Positions 1 through 10,839 of a stretch of DNA of 64,000 nt are shown one piece after another. The notes beneath the pieces were generated by a model. The model was not told where the DNA came from. It made no database searches and worked only from the letters and a program-made list of their open reading frames with translations. This DNA is from Isurus oxyrinchus (taxonomy: Eukaryota). Within the stretch, counting starts at the first letter, position 1, and every line of letters starts with the position of its first letter. Where the stretch lies: positions 1,240,001 through 1,304,000 of the forward strand of contig JANJGN010000052.1 in NCBI GenBank assembly GCA_026770705.1. Reading direction: 5' to 3'. A program made the position numbers and the translations under genes.

Positions 1-599
1 TATTCTGAGTTATCATGAGTGTCTCTGACCTGCTGCAGAGTTTAAATTTCACAGAATCTGAGCACTTTGCAGCTCAGAGAGAGACCATTGACTCACTGCC
101 TGAAAGGGCGGTGGAAGCAGATTCAACAGGAACTTTCAGAAGGGGAACTGGATAAATACTTGAAGGGAAATTTGCAGGGATGTGCGAAAGGTGCTGGAGA
201 GGAATTGGGAAAGAGCCAGCACATGCACGATGGGTCACATGAGCTCCTCCTGTGTTGTATCATTCAACAATCAGACAATTTAAGACCCTTGTCAGCAAAT
301 CTTCAGAATCCTGCTGAATCACAGATGTTTTAGAAGTACAGGGAACAAGAAGTTTCTGGTAGCAGCGTTTCATGTGGGGCCCAGTTCAGTTTGAACAAAT
401 AAACAACACCATCTTTGAAAGTCATGAACCCACCACAGCGGCACCTCCGACACATGCAGAGCTCAGGCTAGAGGCGCTTTGTTAGTGTGTGTCACAGGGT
501 CTGCTGGAGTAGGGTCAGTGCTGAGCTTGGGGACAAGTCAGTCTACAATGCTGCATCGGAATCAACAATACAACAATATGGGGTTTGGATCAGAAATAA

Positions 600-790
600 T
601 CCATTAGACAATGAGGATCCATAGATATTCCTTAGACAATGAGGATCCAAAGAGATTCCTTAGACAATGAGGATCCAAAGAGATTCCTCAGACAATGAGG
701 ATCCAAAGAGATTCCTTAGACAATGAGGGTCCAAAGTGATTCCTCAAACAATAAGGATCCAAAGAGATTCCTTAGACAATGAAGATACAA
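600..790 (+). repeat. 28-bp minisatellite GACAATGAGGATCCAAAGAGATTCCTTA (paralogous copy 12315-12500)
   Basis: About 7 tandem units in each copy. Confidence 0.9.
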
Positions 791-1000
791 AGTGCACCAA
801 TCAGATTGAATCAGATTAGCCAATCAGCTGTGTTGAAGAGCAGACAGGAATGTTAGGCTAATTAGTGATTCATGACGGTGATAATGGGGGGAGTTCTGAG
901 GGCTCCTAATCCATTGTCCTGTCTTGTAAATCAGCACTGAATGGATCTCAATGGGTGGGTCTTGTAGAGTCTGTGTTGGGTGGAAGACTGGCTTCACTAA

Positions 1001-1287
1001 GGGGAAGCGGCAGTAGAGAGGCATTGTCACTGGGCTAGTATTCCAGAGGCCCAGGGTGATGCTCTGGGGCCCTGGGTATGAATCCCATCACAGCAGATGA
1101 ATCGGATTAAAAAGCCTGGTTCACTGATCCCCTTCTGGGAAGGAAATCTCCACCCTTACCCAGTCTGGCCTACATGTCACTCCAAACCCACAGCAATACA
1201 ATTGATTCTTAAATGCCTCTGATGGACATGGGATGGGTAATAAATGCTGGGCACATCCCATGAACGGATAATTTGAAAAACACGTGA
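1001..1287 (+). mobile_element. SINE-like insertion flanked by 40-bp direct repeats
   Basis: tRNA-like head and family sequence also seen at about 23390-23690 and 32220-32550; absent from the paralogous intron at about 14190-14230. Confidence 0.7.
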
Positions 1288-1544
1288 CTTGGAGACACTG
1301 TGTTGGGTGGAAGACTGGTTTCACTAAACAGGGTCCTGACGACCATGAGCCAATGCAGAATGAACTTGTCCACTCCTGTGTCCAGGATTCTCTTCCATCC
1401 ATTGTGAAACCTTGGGGAGATCCCTGTGTGTCCTGTAGATGGTCCACACTGCAGCCACTGTGCCCCAGTGATGGAGGGGGTGGATATCGAGTCTAGTGGA
1501 TCGAAAAAACATCCAGAGTTAAATATTGATATTTCTCTCCCCAG

Positions 1545-1913
1545 TTGGACTGTCACAAGAGTGGAAAGGTGACACTCCACGAGAGGTGACAGCACAGGAA
1601 GATTCGTGTGTACAGATTCCATGTCATTACAGTTATCCATCACATTTGGAAAGCCGACCACGAGTCGGAGTCTGGTTTAATAACGAGAAACAGATTCCCT
1701 GGGCTCCCATAGCCTTTCACTCCAAGGATCACAGTCACGAGTTACCACGGTTCCACCATCGGACCCGGCTGTCTGGAGACCTGAAAGATGGCGACTGTTC
1801 CCTGATTATAAACAACATCAGACGGGAAGATGCAGGACCTTATTTTTTCAGGATAGAATTTGACAATGGTCCGAGCCATAACTATTACCCTGTAACCCAG
1901 CTTCATGTTTCTG
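1545..1913 (+). CDS. Siglec gene A, V-set (sialic-acid-binding) Ig exon
   Basis: ccag|TT GGA ... TCT G|gtaagt, phase 1/1. Siglec signature CVQIPCHYSYP...W...RTRLSGDLKDGDCSLII...DAGPYFFRIE with the essential F-strand Arg and the Siglec-type Cys layout. Leader exon not found in window. Confidence 0.9.
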
Positions 1914-2313
1914 GTAAGTGCTGTGTTATAATTACTCAACAATTCACATTCAACACTCAATGGGAATTAACACAAACTGTGACGTTTACATATTAACACA
2001 AAACACAGCTTATTATAACACACTGTCTGATTCTCAATAACCTGGTGATAGCTTCCAGTTCAGTCCTAAAGCAACCTCTAATACTCACTTTAATATCAAT
2101 GATTAAATGTATTGACTGTGTCCATCAATGTTATCAGGTTATCCACTCTCATCGATCTCTCTAATCCTGTTTAAAATAATTTCCTGATCATTGTAACCTC
2201 TCAGTTCTGATATCATCCTTGTAAAAGTGCTTTCTCTTGTGGGACTGTGGTTTCTATTTGAGCTGACGCTTCATGATATATTTCTCTAAAAGGATCCATT
2301 CTCTGTCTGTTAG

Positions 2314-2610
2314 ATTTCACAGATAAACCCATGATATTCCCTGCTGAAATTATTGCAGGAAAGCGTGTGGATGTAAGCTGCACCTTCAACACAACGTGCA
2401 ATGGAACAGCAGCACCTGTCTTAACCTGGGACATTCCCACTGACGTACCTGGATCAGTCTCAAACACTGTAACTCAGCATGGTGTCACTCTGACCTATAC
2501 TTCTGTTCTGACCCTGACCCCATCACTCAAACACCACGGACACACTCTCAGCTGCAGAGTGAGATATCCATCTGTTTCATCGGAGCGGACCCTCGTACTA
2601 ACTGTACAAG
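2314..2610 (+). CDS. Siglec gene A, C2-set Ig exon 1
   Basis: gttag|AT TTC...CAA G|gtaagt, phase 1/1; VSCTFNTTCNG (extra interdomain Cys)...LTW...LSCRV. Confidence 0.9.
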
Positions 2611-2814
2611 GTAAGTATGGACATCCTTCATTATACATTCGCTGGAACAGTCTAGATTATGCACAGCAGGATCCCACAGAAAGGTATTCTGATGAGAACC
2701 AGATCATCTGTAATTTACGGAAAAACACTGACCAGAAAACAGTTAATGACAGTTTCTGAACATTAACACTGGAGCTTTTTTTTCCAGCCAAGAAGCTGAT
2801 AGAGCAGAGCATCA

Positions 2815-3620
2815 CTCACAATATACTAACCTCCTGACAATGCAGCACTCCCTCAGTACTGACCGCCTGACAGTGCAGCACTCCCTCAGTACTGATCCTT
2901 CAATAGTGCAGCAATCACTCAGTACTGACCCTCCAACAGTGCAGAACTCCCTCAGTACTGACCCTCTGACAGTGCAGCACTCCCTCAGTACTGACCTGCT
3001 GAAATTGCAGCACTCCCTCAGTACTGACCCTCTGACAGTGCAGCACTGCCTCAGTACTGACCCTCCAATAATGAAACAATCCCTCAGTACTGACTCTCCG
3101 ACAGTGCAGCACTCCTTCACTGCTGACCCTCCAACTCTGCAGTGCTCCCTCAGGACTGAAAATCCAACATTTCATATCTCCCTCCTGACTGACCCTCTGA
3201 AATTACAGCAGATCCTCGGTCGAGACCTTCAAACAGTGCAGCACTTCCACAGAACTGAATCTACCCCCCACCCACAGTGCAGCACTTCCACAGTACTGTA
3301 CCTCTGACAGTGCAGCACTCCCTCAGTACTGATCCTCCCACCTGCAGCACTCCCTCAGTACTGACCCTCCCACATGCAGCACTCCCTCAGTACTGACCCT
3401 CCCACAGTGCAGCACTCCCTCAGTACTGACCCTCCCACAGTGCAGCACTCCCTCAGTACTGACCCTCCCACAGTGCAGCACTCCCTCAGTACTGACCCTC
3501 CCACATGCAGCACTCCCTCAGTACTGACCCTCCCACAGTGCAGCACTCCCTCAGTACTGACCCTCCCACATGCAGCACTCCCTCAGTACTGACCCTTTGA
3601 CAGTGCTGCACTACCTCACT
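2815..3620 (+). repeat. 30-bp tandem repeat CAGTGCAGCACTCCCTCAGTACTGACCCTC
   Basis: Directly visible; other arrays at 4510-4975, 12645-12895, 19340-19890, 26425-26660, 28830-29175, 57410-57630, 60445-60800 and inverted at 39550-39660, 41540-41940. Confidence 0.95.
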
Positions 3621-3629
3621 ATTGGCTTT

Positions 3630-4510
3630 AAACTAAATAGAGTGTGGGGCGAATGTTTCTGGAGAAGGTATATGTACAGTTACAAACCAAAAGGATTTAT
3701 TAGCATTGCAGGATAGCTGTTTTGGCAATGATACCCAGTGTGTGACAGGAAGGGACACAGTGTCCAAACATAAAAATACATCAGCAAATAGTGTCAGAGG
3801 GGGGGAAATGATAAAAAGTCAAAATTAATGGCTCTTTACTTAAATGCACATAGTATTTGGAATGCTGACCTTTATTTCAAAGGGAATGGAGTATAAAAAT
3901 AGGGAAGTCTTGCTAAAACTATGCATGGCACTAGTTAGACCACACCTAGAATACTGTGAGCAGTTTTGGTTCCCTTATCTAAGGAAAGATGTACTGGCAT
4001 TGGAGGCAGTCCAGAGAAGGTTCACTAGGTTGATCCCAGTAATGGAGGGATTTTCATATGAGGAGAGGTTGAGTAGGATGGGCCTGTACTCATTGGAGTT
4101 TAGGAGAATGAGAGCTGACCTTATTGAAACATATAAGATTCTTAGGGTGCTTGACAGGGTAGATGCTGAGAGGTTGTTTCCCCTTGTGGGAGAGTCTAGG
4201 ACCAGAGGGCATAATCTCAGAGTAAGGGGTCACCCATTTAAGACAGAGATGAGGAGTTTCTTCTCTCAGAGGGTAGTGAATGTGTGGAATTCTTTACTGC
4301 AGAGAGCTGCAGAGGCTGGGTCATTAATTATATTCAAGGCTGAGATACACAGTTTTTTAATCAGTCAGGGAATCAAAGGCTATGGGGAAGAGGCAGGAAA
4401 GTGGAGTTGAGGATTGTCAGATCAGCCATGGTGTCATTGAATGGCGGAGCATAGTTGATTGGCCGAATGGCCTCCTTCTGCTCTGACGGCTTGTGGTCTT
4501 ATGGTCTTAT
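3630..4510 (+). mobile_element. CR1-clade LINE 3' end
   Basis: ORF2 C-terminus LVRPHLEYC...QRRFTRLIP...FFSQRVVNVWNSL; ends in a short (cttatggt)-like tail. Confidence 0.9.
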
Positions 4511-5096
4511 CACCCTCCAACAGTGCAGAGCTCCCTAATTACTGACCCTCCGACAGTGCAGCACTCTTCCAGTACTGACCCTTCGACAGTGCAGCATTGC
4601 CTCAGTACTGACCCTCCAACAGTGCAGAGATCCCTAATTACTGACGCTCCGACAATGCAGCACTCTTCCAGTACTGACTCTCCGACAGTGCAGCATTCCC
4701 TATGTACTGACCCTCCAACAGTGCAGCACTGCCTCAATACTGACCCTCCAACAGTGCAGCACTGCCTCAATACTGACCCTCCAACAGTGCAGCACTCCCT
4801 CAGTGCTGACCCTCCGACAGTGAAGTACTCGCTCAGTACTGACTATGCGGCAGTGAAGCTTTCACAGTACCCACCCACCATCAGTACAGCAGGTCCTCAG
4901 TACTCACCCTCCAACAGGGCAGCACTCCCTCAGTACTGACCCTCCAACAGTGCAGCACTCCCTCAGTACTGAACTGAAGAGTCTGCCTGAATTATGTGCT
5001 TTGTGGTGAAGGATTGATATTACACCTGTAACATTGTCAGGGTCTCTGAAAGTGCTTCACAGTCAATGTAAGTAACTGATCTTTATTTGTTTTTAG

Positions 5097-5363
5097 ATGC
5101 ACCACAGAATCTCTCAATTACTTTTCATGATATGATTAACGCTTCATGGATCAATATAATTGAGGGGAATTCTGCAGTGATAATCTGCTCTGTCGAGAGC
5201 TTCCCAGCTTCTAACCTGATGTGGCGACATCTTAATGTCCCAATGAACAGAACAAGTTCCAACAATGAGCTGTGGTTGGTGATTCCTCACGTTATATCCA
5301 GGGACACTGGAGATTATCAGTGTGTGGCAGAGAATGAACATGGAGCAGTGGACGGGTTCATAA
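5097..5363 (+). pseudogene. Siglec gene A, C2-set Ig exon 2, 3' end and donor replaced by a LINE
   Basis: ttttag|AT GCA CCA...IICSVESFPASNLMW...DTGDYQCVAENEHG. Homology to the paralogous exon (which ends ITITVE|gtgagt at 16098) stops at about 5363, where LINE sequence starts. Confidence 0.8.
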
Positions 5364-6420
5364 ACATTCTGTTTTTATTAGCTCATGGGATGTGGGTAGT
5401 GTTGACAAGACCAGAAATGATTGCCCATCTGTAACTGCCCCTTGAGAAGGTGGTGGTGAGCTGCCTTCTTTAACCACTGCAGTCCATGTGGTGTACGCAC
5501 ACCCACAGTGCTGTTAGGGAGGGAGTTCCAGGATTTTGTCCCAGTGATGGTGAAGGAACGGCCGATATATTTCCAAGTCCCAGGGCAGACCACCACCTCA
5601 AGTTCGCTTCCAAATCACACACCACACTGACTTGGAACTGTCTTGGTGGAAGAGGTTAAGGGTTTGGAAGGTGCTGTCGAAGGAACCTTTGTGAGTTGCT
5701 GCAGTGCATCTTGTAGATGGTGCACACTGCTGCCACTGTGTGCCAGTGGTGGAGGGTATGAACGTTTATGCTGGTGGATGGGCTGTCGATCAAACAAGCT
5801 GCTCCTGGATGGTGTCGAGCTTCTTGAGTGTTGTTGGAGCTGCACTTATCCAGCCAAGTGGAGATTATTCCATCACACTCCTGAAATGTGCCTTGTCCGA
5901 TGGTGGACAGGCTTTGGGGAGTCAGGAGGTGAGTTACTCACCACAGAGTTCCCAGCCTCTTACCCGCATTTGTAGCCACATTATTTCCTGTTGCCGGGAT
6001 GTTGCCAGGGCCAATAGTCTTTGCTGTATCCAGTATCATCAGCTGATTCCTGATGTCACGTGGAGTCAATCGAATTGTCTGAAAGCTGACATCTGTGATG
6101 CTGGGACCCTCTGGAGGAGGCCGAGATGGAGCATCCACTCAGCACTTCTGGCTGAACATGGTTGCCAATGCTTCAGCCTTGTCGTTTGCACTGATGTGCT
6201 GAGCTCCCCCATCATTAAGGATGGGGATATTTGTGGAACATCCTCCTCCTGTTAGATCTTTAGTTGTCCATCACCATTCATGACTGGATGTGGCAGGACT
6301 GCAGAGCTTAGATCTGACCCGTTGGTTGTGGGATCGCTTTGCTCTGTCTATAGCATGTTATTTCCGCTGTTTGGTGTGTATGTAGTCCTGTGTGTCACCT
6401 CAGCAGCTTGGCACCTCTGT
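5364..6420 (-). mobile_element. CR1-clade LINE fragment interrupting gene A
   Basis: Same family as 21390-23355 and 54751-56848; typical 3' end. Confidence 0.8.
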
Positions 6421-6609
6421 TATATGTGAATCCTCCTTATAGAAACCTGCATGTACATGGATATTATCAATAAATATTACATAGATATATGTTATTTGTA
6501 TAGACCTTTCATGCATAGACAATATCACTTCACAAGTTCAGAATTACTACATGTACACAGGGAACCATTCTCAAACTGTACCGGAGTCATTCATTGGCTG
6601 ATTTTACAG

Positions 6610-6706
6610 GGCGAGATTCCAATGAATGGAAAGCAGGATTGCTTGGAGCTGGAATCTGTTTGAGTGTTGGACTGAGTGGATTCTTCATCTTCAAGTGTGT
6701 GAGAAA
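6610..6706 (+). CDS. Siglec gene A transmembrane exon (no charge in core)
   Basis: ttttacag|GG...AGA AA|gtaagt, 97 nt: RDSNEWKAGLLGAGICLSVGLSGFFIFKCVRK; same length, phases and splice context as gene C TM exon 62194-62290. Confidence 0.8.
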
Positions 6707-7274
6707 GTAAGTGTGAAGGTTTAATTGGTTGTTTTTGAACATGTTTTCTTCAACCTTCTCTCCTTATAGAAAGAACTTGCATTTCTATAGCACCTTTCTC
6801 AACCGAAAACCCTTCACAACCCCTGAAGAGCTTTGATGTTCACTCATTGTTTAACATCTCATCCAACACTCAATGTTTCACAACTCAGTCCTGTAACAGG
6901 CAGTGTTGATCTGGACCATAAAATACCTTGTGACTTCCTGAGGATGTGAAAGGGGATATATAAATGAAGACATTTCTTTTGTTAGTGAATGCAATCTCTT
7001 TCCATTTTCAGTGTCTAACTCACTCTCTCTCTTACCTCCACTAATGCTCTCCTTCTCATTCTCTCTCTCTCTTATTCGCTCTCTCCCCAATCTCCACTAA
7101 TGCTCTCCTTCTCATTCTCTCTCTCGTCCTCTTACACGTTGTTCAGTCTCTCACAATTTTAAGGAGCGCTGAGCAACATCTGCTCCATCAGAAGATACAC
7201 CTCAACACCTGGAGTGAGCAGTGAATTGAAACTCGCTCAACGACTGTTCAGCTTTCCACAGGAATCACGACACA

Positions 7275-7665
7275 CTCAGGACACAAAGGGTTAACAGTTT
7301 GCTTACAACACAACACTAAGGCCCTACGTTTCAGTGAAAGGGTTTTCACAATTGTTCCCCAATTCCTGATTTGACTCACAGTGACACATCAACCCTTTCT
7401 CATTAAATACACAGAGGGAGCAGCACAGGAAGAGGTCATTCAGCCCAAGCAGAGCGTGTGGGCAGTTCCTCCCCAGGCGAGCATTCGGAAAGGTCCTGGG
7501 TAAGTAACGGAACGATTGGAATTCACTTCCACAACCAACACCATCCTTTGTTGATGTTGTGACTTTATAAAGACTGATTCCAATGATTGATGCCTTTGAA
7601 AGATTTCTACTGATTATTGAGATCTGGGTGTGAGACTCAAGTCTGTTGTACAGAACATCTTTCTG
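7275..7665 (+). promoter_or_regulatory. Displaced copy of Siglec promoter + non-coding exon 1 inside gene A
   Basis: Near-identical to 10840-11210 and 13060-13420; donor GG|gtaagt at 7500. Confidence 0.55.
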
Positions 7666-7679
7666 GGTAAATTGTGCAG

Positions 7680-7940
7680 ACAGGTTACACACAGTCTACG
7701 ATTATATTCCCTCAGGTCTAGGAGATTAAGGAGGGATCTAACTGAGAGATTCAAACTGATTAAACACTCGATAGGGTCGATAGAGAGAAGCTATTCCCTC
7801 GGGTGGGGGTGGTTGGTGGGGGTCGGGTGGAGTCCAGAACAAGGGGGCCGGAACTTCAGATTGGAGCCAGGCCATTCAGGGGTGATGTCAGGAAGCACTT
7901 CTTCACACAAAGGGGAGTGGAAATCTGGAACTGTCTCCCC
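7680..7940 (+). mobile_element. CR1 LINE fragment
   Basis: RRLRRDL...KHFFTQRGVEIWNCLP; related pieces at 53200-53720 (-) and about 63530-63615. Confidence 0.75.
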
Positions 7941-8010
7941 AATAATCAAACCCAACACCGAATACACATCATGTTGATTGTCACACTGTCCATTTCCATC
8001 TCTATTACAG

Positions 8011-8115
8011 AAGAGAGGCGAGGGGAAAGCAGGAATCAAATCGAACCATCATGTTGATGAATATCGAGGTCCTGTTTATGAAAACTGTGAGCGTGGTTGG
8101 GCTTTGAGGAATCAG
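8011..8115 (+). CDS. Siglec gene A cytoplasmic exon with YENC motif
   Basis: ctattacag|AAG...CAG|gttagt phase 0/0: KRGEGKAGIKSNHHVDEYRGPVYENCERGWALRNQ. Confidence 0.6.
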
Positions 8116-8249
8116 GTTAGTCACACACCACAGGATCCCCAGCCTCTCAGCTGCTCCAGTAGCCTGGTTATTGATATGGCTGCTCCAGTCCTGTATCTGC
8201 AATGTTTTATACAGTCACTCCCAAACCCAACCAAACTCACACCCAACAC

Positions 8250-8530
8250 CATTCAGTATCAATAATCAAACCCCGTTCAGTATCAATAATCAAACCCCGT
8301 TCAGAATCAATAATCAAACACTGTTCAGAATCAATAATCAAACCCCGTTCAGAATCAATTATCAAAACCTGTTCAGAATCAATAATCAAACTCCGTTCAG
8401 AATCAATAATCAAACCCTCTTCAGAATCAATAATCAAACCCCGTTCAGAATCAATAATCAAACTCCGTTCAGTATCAATAATCAAACCCCGTTCAGAATC
8501 AATAATCAAACCCTGTTCAGTGTCAATAAC
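8250..8530 (+). repeat. 24-bp minisatellite TCAGAATCAATAATCAAACCCCGT
   Basis: About 11-12 tandem units in the last intron of gene A. Confidence 0.95.
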
Positions 8531-8628
8531 TAATGTATCTATTGTGGGTGGAATTTTCAATTTGGATCAATAATACTAAACACTGATCACTCTGATTGTC
8601 ACTCTGATCATTTCTGTTTCTATTACAG

Positions 8629-8745
8629 AAGAAAGATGAGAAGGATCTGGAAATGAAATCTAACCGCGGAGTCAGTCCTGATACAGATGATGATCTTTAC
8701 GCAAACTGTGATTTTGCCAAGGATTCTGTTTATGGGAATTTATAA
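8629..8745 (+). CDS. Siglec gene A terminal cytoplasmic exon with ITIM (SVYGNL)
   Basis: ctattacag|KKDEKDLEMKSNRGVSPDTDDDLYANCDFAKDSVYGNL*; acceptor context paralogous to the 8011 exon. Confidence 0.7.
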   Translation, partial: KKDEKDLEMKSNRGVSPDTDDDLYANCDFAKDSVYGNL

Positions 8746-9864
8746 ACTGAGCAAGAATGAGACACACACAGTGTGGGGAGAATACAGAACGGGAGAATCA
8801 TTCAAAACTCCAATTTACCTTCCTAATATCCACAGGAACTCACTCCCAGGAAATAGATTTAAACCTCTTGATACAATCTGATGGAATTTCTTTGGAATGA
8901 TCTATCCAGGATGATTGTCTGTGGGTTTCAATTCGAACATCCTCCTTCAGAATTGTCCCTCCCTGTTGGAAACATCCTTCTCTCCATTCTGATTGTAAAT
9001 ATCTTTAGATATCGTTCGATGATGTACCAGGACAGAACGGACAAATTCAATCCCGTGTCCTTGATTATGAGTTAATTTTCATTCTGTTATTCACCTTCCT
9101 GTCTGTCAGTGTTTACAGAATATTCATCAGCCAGTGTAGACTTCAGGAAATGCAGGATCGGTGGATAATTGGAGCAGAGGAGATTGGCATAATTTACTCA
9201 GCATTTTGTAATCAAATGTATTTTCAGATATATATTTGGATTTTACACTTCATCGTTAAACAGCAAAACTAACTGCAATCCCAGAAACAGGGAAACAATT
9301 TGTTTGGAGATTTGAGAAATTCTCTGCAGCTCAGAGGATAACAGATGTGCTACAGTGCCACCACTGGTGGGAGGACATCATTTCAGCGTGACATGTTTAC
9401 ATTGATGTTGCCAATGAACATTGGAAATTATGATGTGAAAAATTGGTTGCAGGTTTATCTTCTTCAATATGTCATTGGATGGATGAGACAGCTTTGATAA
9501 CAGAATGAAATAGAGCTGCAATAAACCACCATTTTAGTCTTTCACACTTGGAGAGTACAATTTGCATCCATCCTGATGGTGAGTGGATGGGTGGACTGTT
9601 CGATCTGTTACAGATTACAGAGACCAACATCCTTGATCCTGGTTCTGCTCTATGTTTGATGACATTCTTGGATAAAAGATTGGGAAAATAAATAATCCTC
9701 CTGCATTGATCTGTAACTGGTCTCTCCATCTGTCAATGTCCTGAGGACAGAATTGGGTTTGAGGTCCAAATCATACACATGCTTTGACTGCCCATTGAAT
9801 AGGAACAGGAGGAGGCCATTCAGCCCCCTCGAACCTGCTACACAGGAACAAGAGAGTACCTGAA

Positions 9865-10065
9865 ATAAAAACAGAAAATGCTGGAGAAACTGAGTAGGTC
9901 TGGCAGCATCTGTGCAGAGATAAACAGAATTAGCATTTCGAGTCCGTATGACCCTTCTTCAGAGTCTCAAAGCAAAAACTCTGTTTCTCTCTTCACAGCT
10001 GCTGCCAGACCTGCTGAGTTAAGGCAGCATTTTCCGTTTTTATTTAAGATTTACACCATCTGCAA
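9865..10065. mobile_element. Short hairpin-type (Penelope-terminus-like) repeat
   Basis: aaatgctggagaaactgagtaggtctggcagc ... gctgccagacctgctgagtt inverted arms; related copies at about 14935-15075, 19895-19990, 26935-27085, 36200-36285. Confidence 0.55.
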
Positions 10066-10079
10066 TATTTATTTTTAAT

Positions 10080-10800
10080 GAGAGGAGGACATTCAGCCCC
10101 TCGACCCTGTTACGCAGGAACAGGAGGAGGCCATTCAGCCCACTCAAGCCTGTTACACAGGAACAGGAGGAGGCCATTCAGCCCCATAAGCCTGTTATAC
10201 AGGAAAAGGAGGAGGCCATTCAGCCCCTCAAGCCTGTTACACAGGAACAGGAGGAGGCCCATTCAGCCCCTCCAGCCTGTTACACAGCAACAGGAGGAGG
10301 CCCATTCAGCCCCTCGAGCCTGTTACACAGCAACAGGAGGAGGCCCATTCAGCCCCTCAAGCCTGTTACACAGGAACAGGAGGAGGCCCATTCAGCCCCT
10401 CGAGCCTGTTACACAGGAACAGGAGGAGGCCCATTCAGACCTTCAAGCCTCTAACACCAGAACGGAAGGAGGTCATTTCAGCCCCATGAGCTTGATGAAC
10501 AGGAACAGGAGGAGGTCCATTAAGCCCCTCAAGTCAGTTACATAGGAACAGGAGAAGTCTCATTCAACCACACGAGCATCTTATATAAGAACATGAGGGG
10601 GCCCAAACAGCCCCTCAAGCATGTTACACAAGAAGCGGAGGAGGATGTTCATTCAGTCCCTCGAGGCAATTATAAAGGAACAGGAGGAGGCCCATTCAGC
10701 CACACAAGCCTCTTACACAAGAACAGGAGGAGGTCCATTCAGCCCCTCAAGCCTGTTACACAGGAACAGGAGGAGGCCCGTTCAACCCCCTCGAGCTTGT
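10080..10800 (+). repeat. 42-43-bp minisatellite ACACAGGAACAGGAGGAGGCCATTCAGCCCCTCAAGCCTGTT (inverted copy 33715-33950)
   Basis: Tandem units resembling CR1 3' end sequence. Confidence 0.9.
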
Positions 10801-10839
10801 TGCATGTGAACAGTCGATGGCCCTTCAGCCACATTCTTG

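Noticed and set aside
1545-1913. Rearranging Ig/TCR/NAR V segment
   Set aside because: Ends in a splice donor, not an RSS; lacks the canonical YYC and has the Siglec Cys pattern and YFFR
2812-3592. ORFs and CRISPR-like look of 30-bp repeat arrays (also 24-, 28-, 37- and 42-bp arrays)
   Set aside because: Head-to-tail tandem units without unique spacers, no cas genes, eukaryotic context
7164-7225. Candidate missing phase-2 cytoplasmic exon of gene A
   Set aside because: Weak acceptor, no homology to the gene C linker exon, in-frame stop, no suitable donor
9350-9372. CTCF site call at the conserved element
   Set aside because: Only a partial match with wrong internal spacing by eye; left unassigned
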